Assembly (NCBI GenBank): GCA_024235875.1
Contig: JACKLP010000005.1
Location: 26,155-90,154, forward strand
Length of the DNA: 64,000 bases
Source: Burkholderiaceae bacterium
GTDB lineage: Bacteria; Pseudomonadota; Gammaproteobacteria; Burkholderiales; Burkholderiaceae_E
Reading direction: 5' to 3'
Shown here: in pieces, positions 53,315 through 62,635 of the stretch
Layout of the letters: every line of letters starts with the position of its first letter
Numbering within the stretch: position 1 is the stretch's first letter
Notes under the pieces: generated by a model
Databases searched by the model: none
The model's input: the letters and a program-made list of their open reading frames with translations, nothing else
What the model was told of the DNA's origin: nothing
Made by a program: the position numbers and the translations under genes

Positions 53315-55421
53315 GAACGGCGCAAGCGCGCCGCCTGCACCGGACCAGGACGCGCAGCTCGACGAGTTGCTTTGGGCGCTGCCGAGCCCAGCGGGGCACG
53401 GCGCCATTGGCGGACGCCCGGCCGTGGATGCGGCTGCCGACACGTCGGCGGACTCGGGCGCATTCATCCGCCACTGGAGCGGTACCCTGAGCCGGGTCGA
53501 CCCGCTGCTGGGCTCGGCCTTCGCGCGCTGCGCGCCAGCCCTGTGCGCGTCGCTGAGCAAGGGGCAGGTCGTCAGCCGCGCGCTGGCTGCGCTCGACGCC
53601 TTCGAGCGAATGGGGCGTGACGCAGCGATCCGCGGGCTGGGCTCAATGGATGAAAGTGCGCCGGCCCTGCCCGCCGGCCCGGCGCCGGCCAGGCTGGCCG
53701 AGCTTCAAGGCGCCTTGCATCGCTTCGTTCTCGGGCTTGGCGGACGTGCATTCGAGATCTCGCCTGTGCCGAGAGACGAACCCGCATGGACCGATTCCGA
53801 CTGCCTGCATCTTCCGGCCAGCGTCGCGCGGTTTGACGACCCTGCGGCCAATGCATCGATGTACCGCTGCCTGGCCACCTTGCTGTGGGGATTCTGGTAC
53901 TACGGCAGCTTCCGCAACCCGCCGCCCGCCTCGCCGAGCGAAGGCGATGGACGATTCCTGGACTGGCTCGGCGTCTACGAGTCCCTGCGGATCGAAGCGC
54001 GTATCGGGTCCGAGCTACCCGGCCTTGCCAACCAGCTTGCGCAGATGCGCGGCCCGCTGGCACCAGCGCTGCTGCCCGCAATGCAAAGGCTCGAGTCGGC
54101 GGCCGCGACCGTGGCCGATTCGTATGCGCTGGCAAGCGCGTCGATGCGATCGGGTCCCGAAGCGGCGCCGGTCCTGTGGCCACTGCGCCTGGACCCGGCC
54201 ATCGGACACGAGCGACAACGCCAACGAATCGAACGCGATCGCGCGGCGCTCGCAGCGGCGCTTCGACGACTGGGCGAGCAGACGCGTCCAACTTCCGCCG
54301 CAAGGGCCGCGCAGGCGGTGCAACTCGAGGAAAGCGACGAGGTCGGCGGCTTCGCGCTGCGCCTGGACGACATCGTGGTGCCGGCAAGCGCCGAGGTCGT
54401 CGGGCTGGTCCAGTCCCTGCGCATCGATACCGGTGCGCTGCCGACCACCGGCCCGGCACCCGAGGCGACATCCCCGCTTGCGACTCGGACGACGCATAAC
54501 GGCCCGTTCCATGATCCGCCACGCCCCCGAGTACCCCCCTCGCCCGGCGAGTCGAGCCACGAACACGAATGGGACTTCCGTCGGCAGCAGTACCTGGCCG
54601 ACTGGTGTCGAGTGCTGCACCGGACCGGGACGGAGGGAGACGCCGGCTTCGTTGCGCAGACACGCCGCCGACACCGTCGACTGATCGAAGAAATTCGCCG
54701 CCGATTCGAGCGGATTCGCCAGCGCTCACAGCCGCAGCGCCGCTGCCAGGACGGCGACGAGATCGATCTCGACGCACAGATCGAGGCCTTTTGCGACCGA
54801 CGTGCGCACGCGTCCGACAGCAACGCGATCTATGTCCGACGGTCTCGCCACGAACGCTCCCTGGCGGTGATGTTCGCGATCGACATGAGTGGCTCCACGC
54901 ACGGATGGGTCAACGACGCCCAGCGCAGCGCCCTCCTGATCCTCGGCGAGGCGATCGAGCGTCTGGGCGACCGCTGGGCCGTGTACGGCTTCTCTAGCGA
55001 TACGCGCCAATGCTGCGAGCTCTTCCGTATCAAGGATTTCGGCGAGTCCTTCGATGCGCGCGTCGAGCGCCGCATCGCCGGCATCGATTCGCGCGGCTAT
55101 ACGCGGATGGGGTTCGCGATCCGCCGCCTGGGGAACATGCTGGCGACCGAGGATTCACGCCACCGGCTCCTCGTGACGCTGACCGACGGCAAGCCCGATG
55201 ACCGGGGCGACGACTACCGTGGGCGCTACGGCATCGAGGACACGCGCCGCGCGATGCAGGAGCTGCACGCCAAGGGCCTGCGATGCTACGGCGTCACCTT
55301 CGATCGCCAGGCGCGCCAGTATCTCGACCGGCTCTACGGCCCCGCGGGGTTCACCGTCATCGCCGACGTCGCCACCCTTCCCGCCCGGCTTTCGGACATC
55401 TACCGGCGCGTCACGAGCTAG
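53301..55421 (+). CDS. CbbO/NorD-like protein with a C-terminal von Willebrand factor A domain
   Basis: The VWA MIDAS region is AVMFAIDMSGST...LVTLTDGKPDD. About 700 aa. GTG 53301 overlaps the AAA+ gene's stop, which is the usual Q/O (Q/D) pairing. Confidence 0.75.
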   Translation: MPSSENGASAPPAPDQDAQLDELLWALPSPAGHGAIGGRPAVDAAADTSADSGAFIRHWSGTLSRVDPLLGSAFARCAPALCASLSKGQVVSRALAALDAFERMGRDAAIRGLGSMDESAPALPAGPAPARLAELQGALHRFVLGLGGRAFEISPVPRDEPAWTDSDCLHLPASVARFDDPAANASMYRCLATLLWGFWYYGSFRNPPPASPSEGDGRFLDWLGVYESLRIEARIGSELPGLANQLAQMRGPLAPALLPAMQRLESAAATVADSYALASASMRSGPEAAPVLWPLRLDPAIGHERQRQRIERDRAALAAALRRLGEQTRPTSAARAAQAVQLEESDEVGGFALRLDDIVVPASAEVVGLVQSLRIDTGALPTTGPAPEATSPLATRTTHNGPFHDPPRPRVPPSPGESSHEHEWDFRRQQYLADWCRVLHRTGTEGDAGFVAQTRRRHRRLIEEIRRRFERIRQRSQPQRRCQDGDEIDLDAQIEAFCDRRAHASDSNAIYVRRSRHERSLAVMFAIDMSGSTHGWVNDAQRSALLILGEAIERLGDRWAVYGFSSDTRQCCELFRIKDFGESFDARVERRIAGIDSRGYTRMGFAIRRLGNMLATEDSRHRLLVTLTDGKPDDRGDDYRGRYGIEDTRRAMQELHAKGLRCYGVTFDRQARQYLDRLYGPAGFTVIADVATLPARLSDIYRRVTS

Positions 55422-55490
55422 GAGTCTGGGCTCCGCCGCGAGCCAGCGCAGCCGCGCAAGCCCGCGATGCGCCCACGCGCGAGCCCGACC

Positions 55491-57212
55491 TCAGCTCGAT
55501 GGCGTCGCCGGCACCTGGGGGACTTGCCCGGCTTCTTGCAGGCGAGCGTTCAAGGCCTCGTATGCGCTCGCACTGTCGGTGAAGAAGTTATCCTCGCCGA
55601 TCTCAGCGACCAGTCCGGTGCGCTCGAGCAGCGCCTTGACCCGCGGTCGTACGCCACTGAAGGCGAGCCCGATCCCGCACTCGCCCAGGTGTCGAGACAG
55701 GTTTCGCAGCATCTCCACGGCCGACGCGTCCGCGTGATTGATGCCGTTGGCGATCACGAGCACGTGCTCGAGATCTGGATGCTCGCGCTCGAGCGTCATC
55801 ATCGCCTTCTCGAAGACGGCGGAATTGGCGAAGAACAGGCCGGCGTCGAAACGCAATGCGACCACGCGCCGCGCCGTCTCGGCCTGGCCGGAGGCGGGAT
55901 CGGCAAAGCTTCGCACTTCGGTGATGACGGGCGGCACCATGTTCCGGAAGATGAACGCGCCCAGCGAGAAGATCATTCCGATGAGGATCCCGTTCTGGAT
56001 ATTCGGCGCGAACGCGAGCGTGGCACCGAAGGTGAGCCAGGCCGCCATGCCGTCGTCGCGATTGGCCCGCCAGGCGCTTCGCATCGCGCCGACATCGAGC
56101 AGGTTGGCGACCGCCATCACGATCATCGCCGCCAGGGCGGGCTTGGGCAGGTGGTAGAGCAAAGGGGTCAGGAACAGCAGCGTCAGCACCACGAAGCCGG
56201 CCGAGAACAGCGACGACACACCGGTTCGGGCGTTGGACGCGAGGTTCAGCGCCGAACGCGAGAACGATCCGCTGACCGGCATCGAATTGACGAACGCCGC
56301 CGCCACCTTGGCCAGCCCCTGCCCGACCAGTTCCTGGTTCTCGTCCCATCGCGTACGAGTACGGATCGCTATCACCTTGCAGCTCGACATCGCTTCCATG
56401 AAGGAGACGAGAGCGATCACGAAGGCGGCCGGCAGCAGCTGCAGGCTCGCGTCCAGGCTGATCCAGGGCACGGAGAAAGCGGGCAGACCGGTCGGGATCT
56501 TCCCGACCACCGCGCCGCCGCTTTCACCGAACCCGATCCACCAACTCGCCAGCGTGAGAATGGCCGCCATCACGAGCACGCCGGGAATTCGCGGCGTGAA
56601 TCGACGCATGGTCCACAACAGCACCAGGGCAACGACGCCAAACAGCGCGGTCAGGCCGTGCGTCGCGGTGAGTCGGCCGAGCAGGGTCACGACGTCCAAG
56701 AGAAAGTTGTCGGATCGCCGGATGTCGATGCCGGTCAGCGCCGGCAGCTGCGACAAGGCGATCACGCAGGCGGCGGCGTTGATGAAGCCGACCAGCACGG
56801 GGTGCGAGAGCAGGTTGAGCAACGCGCCAGCGCGCGCAAGCCCCATCGCGACCTGGAACAGTCCGCTCAACAAGGCGAGCAAGGTCACGTAGGCGGCGAA
56901 CGCGCTGCTGCCCGCGGGCAGGACGGTCGCGACACTGGCTGCTGTCAGGAGCGAGGTCATGGCGACCGGCCCCGTCGACAGAATGGCCGACGAACCGAAC
57001 AAGACGCCGACGATGGACGGCACGAATGCTGCATAGAGGCCGTAGTAGGCGGGCACGCCAGCAAGCTGCGCGTAGGCCAGGCTCTGCGGAATCGCCAGCA
57101 GTGCCACCGAGATGCCCGCCATCAGGTCGAGCCACAGCGTCTCGCGCGTCGGACGTCGCCAGGCGAGGAAGGGAAACAGACGCAGGAGATTGACTCTGTG
57201 GCGCTCGGACAT
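55491..57212 (-). CDS. SulP family anion permease with a C-terminal STAS domain
   Basis: LMAGISVALLAIPQSLAYAQLAGVPAYYGLYAAFVPSIV and a C-terminal STAS domain (...VIANGINHADASAVEML...). ATG 57212 was verified. Confidence 0.9.
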   Translation of the reverse strand: MSERHRVNLLRLFPFLAWRRPTRETLWLDLMAGISVALLAIPQSLAYAQLAGVPAYYGLYAAFVPSIVGVLFGSSAILSTGPVAMTSLLTAASVATVLPAGSSAFAAYVTLLALLSGLFQVAMGLARAGALLNLLSHPVLVGFINAAACVIALSQLPALTGIDIRRSDNFLLDVVTLLGRLTATHGLTALFGVVALVLLWTMRRFTPRIPGVLVMAAILTLASWWIGFGESGGAVVGKIPTGLPAFSVPWISLDASLQLLPAAFVIALVSFMEAMSSCKVIAIRTRTRWDENQELVGQGLAKVAAAFVNSMPVSGSFSRSALNLASNARTGVSSLFSAGFVVLTLLFLTPLLYHLPKPALAAMIVMAVANLLDVGAMRSAWRANRDDGMAAWLTFGATLAFAPNIQNGILIGMIFSLGAFIFRNMVPPVITEVRSFADPASGQAETARRVVALRFDAGLFFANSAVFEKAMMTLEREHPDLEHVLVIANGINHADASAVEMLRNLSRHLGECGIGLAFSGVRPRVKALLERTGLVAEIGEDNFFTDSASAYEALNARLQEAGQVPQVPATPSS

Positions 57213-57222
57213 GACTCGGCGT

Positions 57223-57468
57223 TTATCTTTGGATCGGGCGGGAAGGCCTCGTTGGGCAACGCTTGCCAGCCGCGAGCAACCACCAAGCCGCGACCGCGCC
57301 GCCATCGGTCCAGTACAGCGTCGGGCAGGTCGTCAGACTACTGTCTCCCGGCGCGAGCGACAACTCGGTGTCGGCGAGCTGGAGCGGCACGACGCGACCG
57401 TAGGGCTCGATGCGGATCTCGGCGACGCGCGACCGCTCGGCATCGGTGAATTCGGTCCCAGCCATCAT
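57223..57468 (-). CDS. Hypothetical small protein between the membrane anchor gene and sulP
   Basis: An AGGAG Shine-Dalgarno follows the soeC-like stop directly (TGACCAGGAGCAATGATG). GC3 is high over the first 60 or so codons. I recognise no family. Confidence 0.45.
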   Translation of the reverse strand: MMAGTEFTDAERSRVAEIRIEPYGRVVPLQLADTELSLAPGDSSLTTCPTLYWTDGGAVAAWWLLAAGKRCPTRPSRPIQR

Positions 57469-57477
57469 TGCTCCTGG

Positions 57478-58455
57478 TCAGCCGATCGCCCGGTAGTACA
57501 GATTCTGCGGATGATTGGCCTCGGCGAAGAAGTACCAGCGCTCGATCAGCAATCCCACGTATTGCACGACGAAGGCCACGATGAACAGCTTGTCACCGGC
57601 CCCCACCAAGCCCGCAACGAGCAGCCCCATCGGCACCAGGAAGCCGAACACCACGAAGGTCGAGCGCAGCGAGCGCATCGCTGCCTTGGAGAGGCCGTGG
57701 AAGAACTCGCGGGTGTTGAACGAGCCCCCCATGAAGCCCATCGTGATCTGGACGATGCGCGGGTGCTTGACGCCGATCGCCGTCTGCAGCGTGGACAAGG
57801 GACGCAGTCGCGCGTTGCGCACCAGCGAAGACACCCGACTGATCAATGCACAGACCGTGATGGCCAGTGCCCAGGCGGCGAAGTAGTGAGCCAGGCCGTT
57901 GTCCAGGGCCTGTGCAAGCGCGGCAGCGAGCACGAAGCCGGACGAAGCCCCGATCAGCGCATAGTTGACGACCGTCAGCGGCGTACGCCATTCGGCGAGG
58001 AACCTGAGGCACGCGTAGATCATGCCCGTACAAACGAACAACACCACGCACAGCAGCGCGGCGATCGCGCCGACCAGCGTGCTCAGCTGGACCGTCGCGC
58101 CACCCGGCAAGGCGAACAATCCGACCTGGAGCCCGGGCAGATGCGAGGCCGCATAAGCCGCGATCGCGACCATCAGGGCCGGCAACGCGATCACCTCGCG
58201 CGACAGCCAGGAAGTGCGCCACTGCGACGCCGCCCGCCAGGCACGCTCCGGACGCCCGAGGTGGAAGAACGACGCAGCCAGGCCCGCCACCAGCAGCCCG
58301 AGCGCAACCAGCGCGCCGTTGACGTAGAAGTGCTCGTCGGGCCGCGACGCCAGCCCGAGCAAGGAATGAACCTCGACGGTGCACAGCGCCAGGATCAGTC
58401 CCTGCGCGGCGCCGATCAGGGTGGTCAGCAGGACCACCGAAATGGCCGGATTCAT
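57478..58455 (-). CDS. soeC: DmsC/NrfD-like membrane anchor subunit, SoeC-like
   Basis: 325 aa and about 8 TM helices, with the DmsC-type motif FFHLGRPERAWRA. GGAGGG lies 5 nt before ATG 58455. The Soe assignment is an inference from operon architecture. Confidence 0.6.
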   Translation of the reverse strand: MNPAISVVLLTTLIGAAQGLILALCTVEVHSLLGLASRPDEHFYVNGALVALGLLVAGLAASFFHLGRPERAWRAASQWRTSWLSREVIALPALMVAIAAYAASHLPGLQVGLFALPGGATVQLSTLVGAIAALLCVVLFVCTGMIYACLRFLAEWRTPLTVVNYALIGASSGFVLAAALAQALDNGLAHYFAAWALAITVCALISRVSSLVRNARLRPLSTLQTAIGVKHPRIVQITMGFMGGSFNTREFFHGLSKAAMRSLRSTFVVFGFLVPMGLLVAGLVGAGDKLFIVAFVVQYVGLLIERWYFFAEANHPQNLYYRAIG

Positions 58456-58506
58456 CGATCCCTCCAGAGGCCCGATTGCAGTGTGGTCTCTATCGCCTGT
58501 CCTCCG

Positions 58507-59238
58507 CTACCAGGAGGTGACATCGTCGAGGAAGATCGAGCGCACGCCCGGCTTGGGCAGCTTGCTGTCTTCCTTGAGCGGGTTGTCGACGCGCTCGAGC
58601 TCGTCTTCGTGGATGTGCATGCGGGTGGGGCGCCGCGGCAGGTAATGATTGGCCGGGTGGGTCCCCCACTCGGGCATCAGTGCATAGCCACCATTCTCGC
58701 GGATCGCCACCGACACCACGGACTCGGCATCGTGGATATCGCCGAAAAGACGCGCGCTGGTGGGGCAGGCACGCACGCAGGCCGGCTTGCGCTCATCGGG
58801 TGGCAACGCGGAATCGTAGATCCGGTCCACGCACAATGTGCACTTCTTCATGATCTTCTGCTGCGCGTCGAGCTCGCGCGCACCGTACGGGCAGGCCCAA
58901 GAACAGTACTTGCAGCCGATGCACTTGTCGGAATCGACCAGAACGATCCCGTCCTCCTCGCGCTTGTAGGAGGCCCCGGTCGGACACACCGGCACGCAAG
59001 GCGGGTCCTCGCAGTGCAGGCAGGACTTAGGGAAATGCACCGTCTGAGTGTTCGGGTACTGGCCGACTTCGAAGGTCTGCACGCGATTGAAGAAGGTGCC
59101 GCTCGGGTCGCTTTCATAGGGACGCTCATCACCGAGCGGCCCGGCGCTACCCGAGGTGTTCCACTCCTTGCAGCTCGTCACGCAGGCGTGACAACCGACG
59201 CAGACGTTCAGGTCGATGACCAGGGCGAGCTGGGTCAT
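58507..59238 (-). CDS. soeB: 4Fe-4S ferredoxin-type subunit (DmsB/PsrB-like), SoeB-like
   Basis: Four Cys clusters: CVGCHACVTSC, CLHCEDPPCVPVCP, CIGCKYCSWACP and CTLCVDR...CVRACP. ATGA overlap with the catalytic subunit gene. Confidence 0.65.
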   Translation of the reverse strand: MTQLALVIDLNVCVGCHACVTSCKEWNTSGSAGPLGDERPYESDPSGTFFNRVQTFEVGQYPNTQTVHFPKSCLHCEDPPCVPVCPTGASYKREEDGIVLVDSDKCIGCKYCSWACPYGARELDAQQKIMKKCTLCVDRIYDSALPPDERKPACVRACPTSARLFGDIHDAESVVSVAIRENGGYALMPEWGTHPANHYLPRRPTRMHIHEDELERVDNPLKEDSKLPKPGVRSIFLDDVTSW

Positions 59239-62159
59239 TTGCGCCTCCCCGCGAAGAAGTTCAGTACCCGCGCGCGGCGGCTCATGCCCGGATAGGGCTG
59301 CATCGCCTTGAACTGTGGCTCGGACTGGGCCGCTTCGGCATCCGCCGCACGCGAAATACGGACGCGCACGTCGTACCAGCCCGCCTGGCCGGTGATCGGA
59401 TCGGCATTGGATACCGTGCGCTCGGCCTCGCCGACCTGGGCGCCGGCATTGATCGGCAATTCCTCGCTGATCAGGTGATTCAGCAGGAATCCGCGCCGGG
59501 ACTCGTTCGCGTCCGGGGCGAGGTTCCAGGCTCCCGACGCCTTGCCGACCGCGTTCCAGGTCCAGACCGTGCCCGGATGCACGGCCTCGGAGAACTTGGC
59601 CTGACACTTGACCCGCCCCCATTGCGACTCGACCCAGATCCAGTCGCCGTCGGCAATGCCTTCGGCTCGCGCGGTCTCGGGGCTCACATAGAGCATGTTG
59701 TGGGCATGGATCTGGCGCAGCCACGCGTTCTGGGAATCCCAGGCGTGATACATCGCCATGGGGCGCTGCGTGACCGCGGCCAGCGGATAGCGCGTCTTGT
59801 CGGTGATCTGCCCCTCGAGCGGCTCGTAGTAGAACGGCAGTGGATCGCAATAGGTCGCCACGCGCTGCGCAAGGTGGGCCGGCGGCTTGCGCGAGAGGCC
59901 CTTGCCGTTGGCCGCCTGGCGAAAGCGCATCAGGACCTCGGAATAGATCTGCACGTTAACCGGCTCGGCCCAGCGCGTGATCCGGTTGCGTTGCGACCAG
60001 GCCAGGTAGCCCTGGTTCCAGTTACGCATGTACTGGTAGCTCTTGGGCAGCTCGTAGTGGAAGACGCAGCCGTTGCGCTCGTACATCTCCCATTGCTTCG
60101 GGTTGGGCTCGCCGACCAGGCTCTTCTCGCCACCCTTGCCGCGCCAGCCCGACAGGAAGCCGACCCCCGAGCCCGGCTCGGTCTCGTAGTTGACGACGAA
60201 ATCAGGGTAGTCGCGATACTTGCGACGGCCTTCGCGGTCAACGAAGGCCGGCAGCTTCAGCCGCGTGCCGAGTTCGATCAGCACTTCCTGGAACGGCTTG
60301 CAGTCGCCCTTGGGCGGTACCACCGGCACCCGCACCGCATCGACCGGCCCGTCGAACTCGGAGATCGGCCGATCGAGGATGGACATCACGTCGTGGCGCT
60401 CGAGATAGGTGGTGTCGGGCAGAACCAGGTCGGCGAATGCCGTCGTCTCGGAGTGGAAGGCATCGCAGACCACGAGGAAGGGGATCTTGTAATCGCCGTT
60501 CTCGTCACGATCGTTGAGCATGCGACGAACCTCGACGGTGTTCATCGTCGAGTTCCACGCCATGTTCGCCATGAACAGCATCAGCGTGTCGATTCGATAC
60601 GGGTCGCCGCGCCAGGCATTGGTGATCACGTTGTGCATCAGGCCGTGCACCGACAGCGGGTACTCCCACGAGAACGCCTTGTCGATGCGCACCGGCGTGC
60701 CATCCTCGGCCACGAACAGATCGTCTGGGTCCGACGGCCAGCCCAGTGGCATGCCGTCGAGCGGCGTGTCCGGCTTGACCGCACCCGGCGAGGTCGGGGT
60801 GCGCGCACACGGCGGGATCGGGCGCGGAAACGGTACCTTGTGGCGAAAGCCGCCCGGCCGGTCGATGGTGCCGAGAATCGACATCAGGATGCCGAGTGCA
60901 CGGATCGTCTGGAAGCCATTCGAATGGGCCGCCAGCCCGCGCATCGCGTGGAAAGCGACCGGATTGCCAGTCACGCGATCATGCTCCTTGCCCCAGGAGT
61001 CGGTCCACGCGATCGGCAGCTCGATCTGCTGGTCGCGCGCCGTGATCCCCATCTCGTAGGCCAGCCGCCGAATCGTCGCCGCCGACACGCCGGTGATGCG
61101 CTCGGCCCATTCGGGGGTATAGGCGGCGACCCGTTCCTTCAGCAGCTGGAACGACGGCTTGACGGCCTGGCCACCCGGCAGCTCGAACTCGCCCAGCAGG
61201 AAGGGATCCGCGCCCTCGGTGTGCGTGATCACCGGCGCATCGCCATGACGGTCCCACCACAACTTGTTCTGGGGCTCGTAGCAGGCCTCTTCCATCGGGA
61301 TCTCGGTCCGCACGAACATGCCGAACTCGTCGTCGGTCTCGTCGACGTTCACGAGCTCGCCGGCATTCGTGTAGCGTGCCAGGAACTCCCGGTCGTAGAG
61401 CCCCATCGCGATGATCTCGTGGATCAGGGCCAGCAGCAGGGCACCGTCGGTCCCGGGACGGATCGGCACCCATTCGTCGGCAATCGCCGAGTAGCCGGTT
61501 CGCACCGGATTGATCGACACGAAGCGACCGCCGGCGCGCTTGAACTTGGAGATCGCGACCTTGAGCGGATTCGAGTGATGGTCTTCGGCGGTACCGATCA
61601 TCACGAACAGCCGGGCCCGATCCAGGTCCGGCCCGCCGAACTCCCAGAACGAGCCACCGATCGTGTAGATCATGCCCGCGGCCATGTTCACCGAGCAAAA
61701 GCCGCCGTGAGCGGCATAGTTGGGGGTGCCGAACTGGCGCGCGAACATGCCCGTGAGCGCCTGCATCTGGTCGCGCCCGGTGAACAGGGCGAACTTGCTC
61801 GGGTCGCTCGAGCGAATCCGGCCCAGGCGCTCGGCCAGCGTGGAAAAGACTTCTTCCCAGGAGATCGGCTCGAAGTCGCCGTCGCCGCGCTCGGCCCCCT
61901 GCCGCCGACGCAGTGGCTGCGTGATCCGCGCCGGCGAGTATTGCTTCATGATCCCCGAGGAACCCTTGGCGCAGATCACGCCCTTGTTCAACGGATGATC
62001 CGGATTGCCCTCGATGTAGCGCACTTCGCCGTCGCGCAGGTGCACGCGGATCCCGCAGCGGCACGCGCACATGTAGCAGGTGGTGGTACGAACCGATGTC
62101 GAGCTGCCGTCGGCAGCCGGATCGGCGAGCGGATCGTGGATCGGAATCGTGCGGGTCAT
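59235..62159 (-). CDS. soeA: Molybdopterin (bis-MGD) oxidoreductase catalytic subunit without a Tat signal, SoeA-like sulfite dehydrogenase (quinone)
   Basis: 974 aa. N-terminal FS0 motif CYMCACRCG...ICAKG. The probable Cys Mo ligand is in HGGFCSVN. There is no RRxFL twin-arginine leader. Membership of the DMSO-reductase superfamily is firm; the SoeA assignment is an inference. Confidence 0.65.
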   Translation of the reverse strand: MTRTIPIHDPLADPAADGSSTSVRTTTCYMCACRCGIRVHLRDGEVRYIEGNPDHPLNKGVICAKGSSGIMKQYSPARITQPLRRRQGAERGDGDFEPISWEEVFSTLAERLGRIRSSDPSKFALFTGRDQMQALTGMFARQFGTPNYAAHGGFCSVNMAAGMIYTIGGSFWEFGGPDLDRARLFVMIGTAEDHHSNPLKVAISKFKRAGGRFVSINPVRTGYSAIADEWVPIRPGTDGALLLALIHEIIAMGLYDREFLARYTNAGELVNVDETDDEFGMFVRTEIPMEEACYEPQNKLWWDRHGDAPVITHTEGADPFLLGEFELPGGQAVKPSFQLLKERVAAYTPEWAERITGVSAATIRRLAYEMGITARDQQIELPIAWTDSWGKEHDRVTGNPVAFHAMRGLAAHSNGFQTIRALGILMSILGTIDRPGGFRHKVPFPRPIPPCARTPTSPGAVKPDTPLDGMPLGWPSDPDDLFVAEDGTPVRIDKAFSWEYPLSVHGLMHNVITNAWRGDPYRIDTLMLFMANMAWNSTMNTVEVRRMLNDRDENGDYKIPFLVVCDAFHSETTAFADLVLPDTTYLERHDVMSILDRPISEFDGPVDAVRVPVVPPKGDCKPFQEVLIELGTRLKLPAFVDREGRRKYRDYPDFVVNYETEPGSGVGFLSGWRGKGGEKSLVGEPNPKQWEMYERNGCVFHYELPKSYQYMRNWNQGYLAWSQRNRITRWAEPVNVQIYSEVLMRFRQAANGKGLSRKPPAHLAQRVATYCDPLPFYYEPLEGQITDKTRYPLAAVTQRPMAMYHAWDSQNAWLRQIHAHNMLYVSPETARAEGIADGDWIWVESQWGRVKCQAKFSEAVHPGTVWTWNAVGKASGAWNLAPDANESRRGFLLNHLISEELPINAGAQVGEAERTVSNADPITGQAGWYDVRVRISRAADAEAAQSEPQFKAMQPYPGMSRRARVLNFFAGRRK

Positions 62160-62238
62160 GGCTGGCGAACTCCGGGCTCGGTCGGTCGGGGTAACGGCCC
62201 AATGGGCGCGATCTCGCGCCCGTTGGGCGCTTCGCTGG

Positions 62239-62487
62239 TCATTCGTAACCGCCTTCGTCGCGGGCCATGCGCTCGGCGGCCTCGCGCTCCAGCCGCGCGG
62301 TGCGCTCCATCTGGCGGCGTCGGCGATCCTCGGCGCTGCCCTCGTCGAGCTTGATCAACCGGCTGAAGGGTTCGCTCGCGACCAATGCGCGGAAGCGATC
62401 GATGTCATGACTCGCCATGAAGAACAGCTCGCGACTGCGCTGTGACGGCCGGCCGACGGTCGGGCCGCTCGACTTCTTCTTGAGCAC
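62239..62487 (-). CDS. Small hypothetical protein upstream of the Mo enzyme, possibly ribbon-helix-helix
   Basis: GTG 62487 lies 4 nt after GGGAGA. GC3 is high from there to the stop. GRPSQRSRELFFMASHDIDRFRALVA resembles an RHH strand-helix start. The minimal alternative start is ATG 62418. Confidence 0.4.
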   Translation of the reverse strand: MLKKKSSGPTVGRPSQRSRELFFMASHDIDRFRALVASEPFSRLIKLDEGSAEDRRRRQMERTARLEREAAERMARDEGGYE

Positions 62488-62635
62488 GAATCTCCCGTCG
62501 GAAGTCTTCTGACGCGCGTTCTTATTGAAACGCGGCTCCACCCTCCACGCCAGCCGTCTGCGGGCCGGACACGCATGCACCGCGCGCGCCCGATTCCCAT
62601 CGACTCACGCGGGGTATTCGGATGGTAGCGAAGCG

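Noticed and set aside
52469-57212. Reading CbbQ/CbbO plus SulP as a carbon-concentrating (Rubisco activase plus BicA-like bicarbonate transporter) module.
   Set aside because: The window holds no Rubisco, carboxysome or carbonic anhydrase genes. SulP is co-oriented and tightly linked with the molybdoenzyme operon, not with cbbQO (convergent). I kept it only as an alternative inside the orphan Q/O finding.
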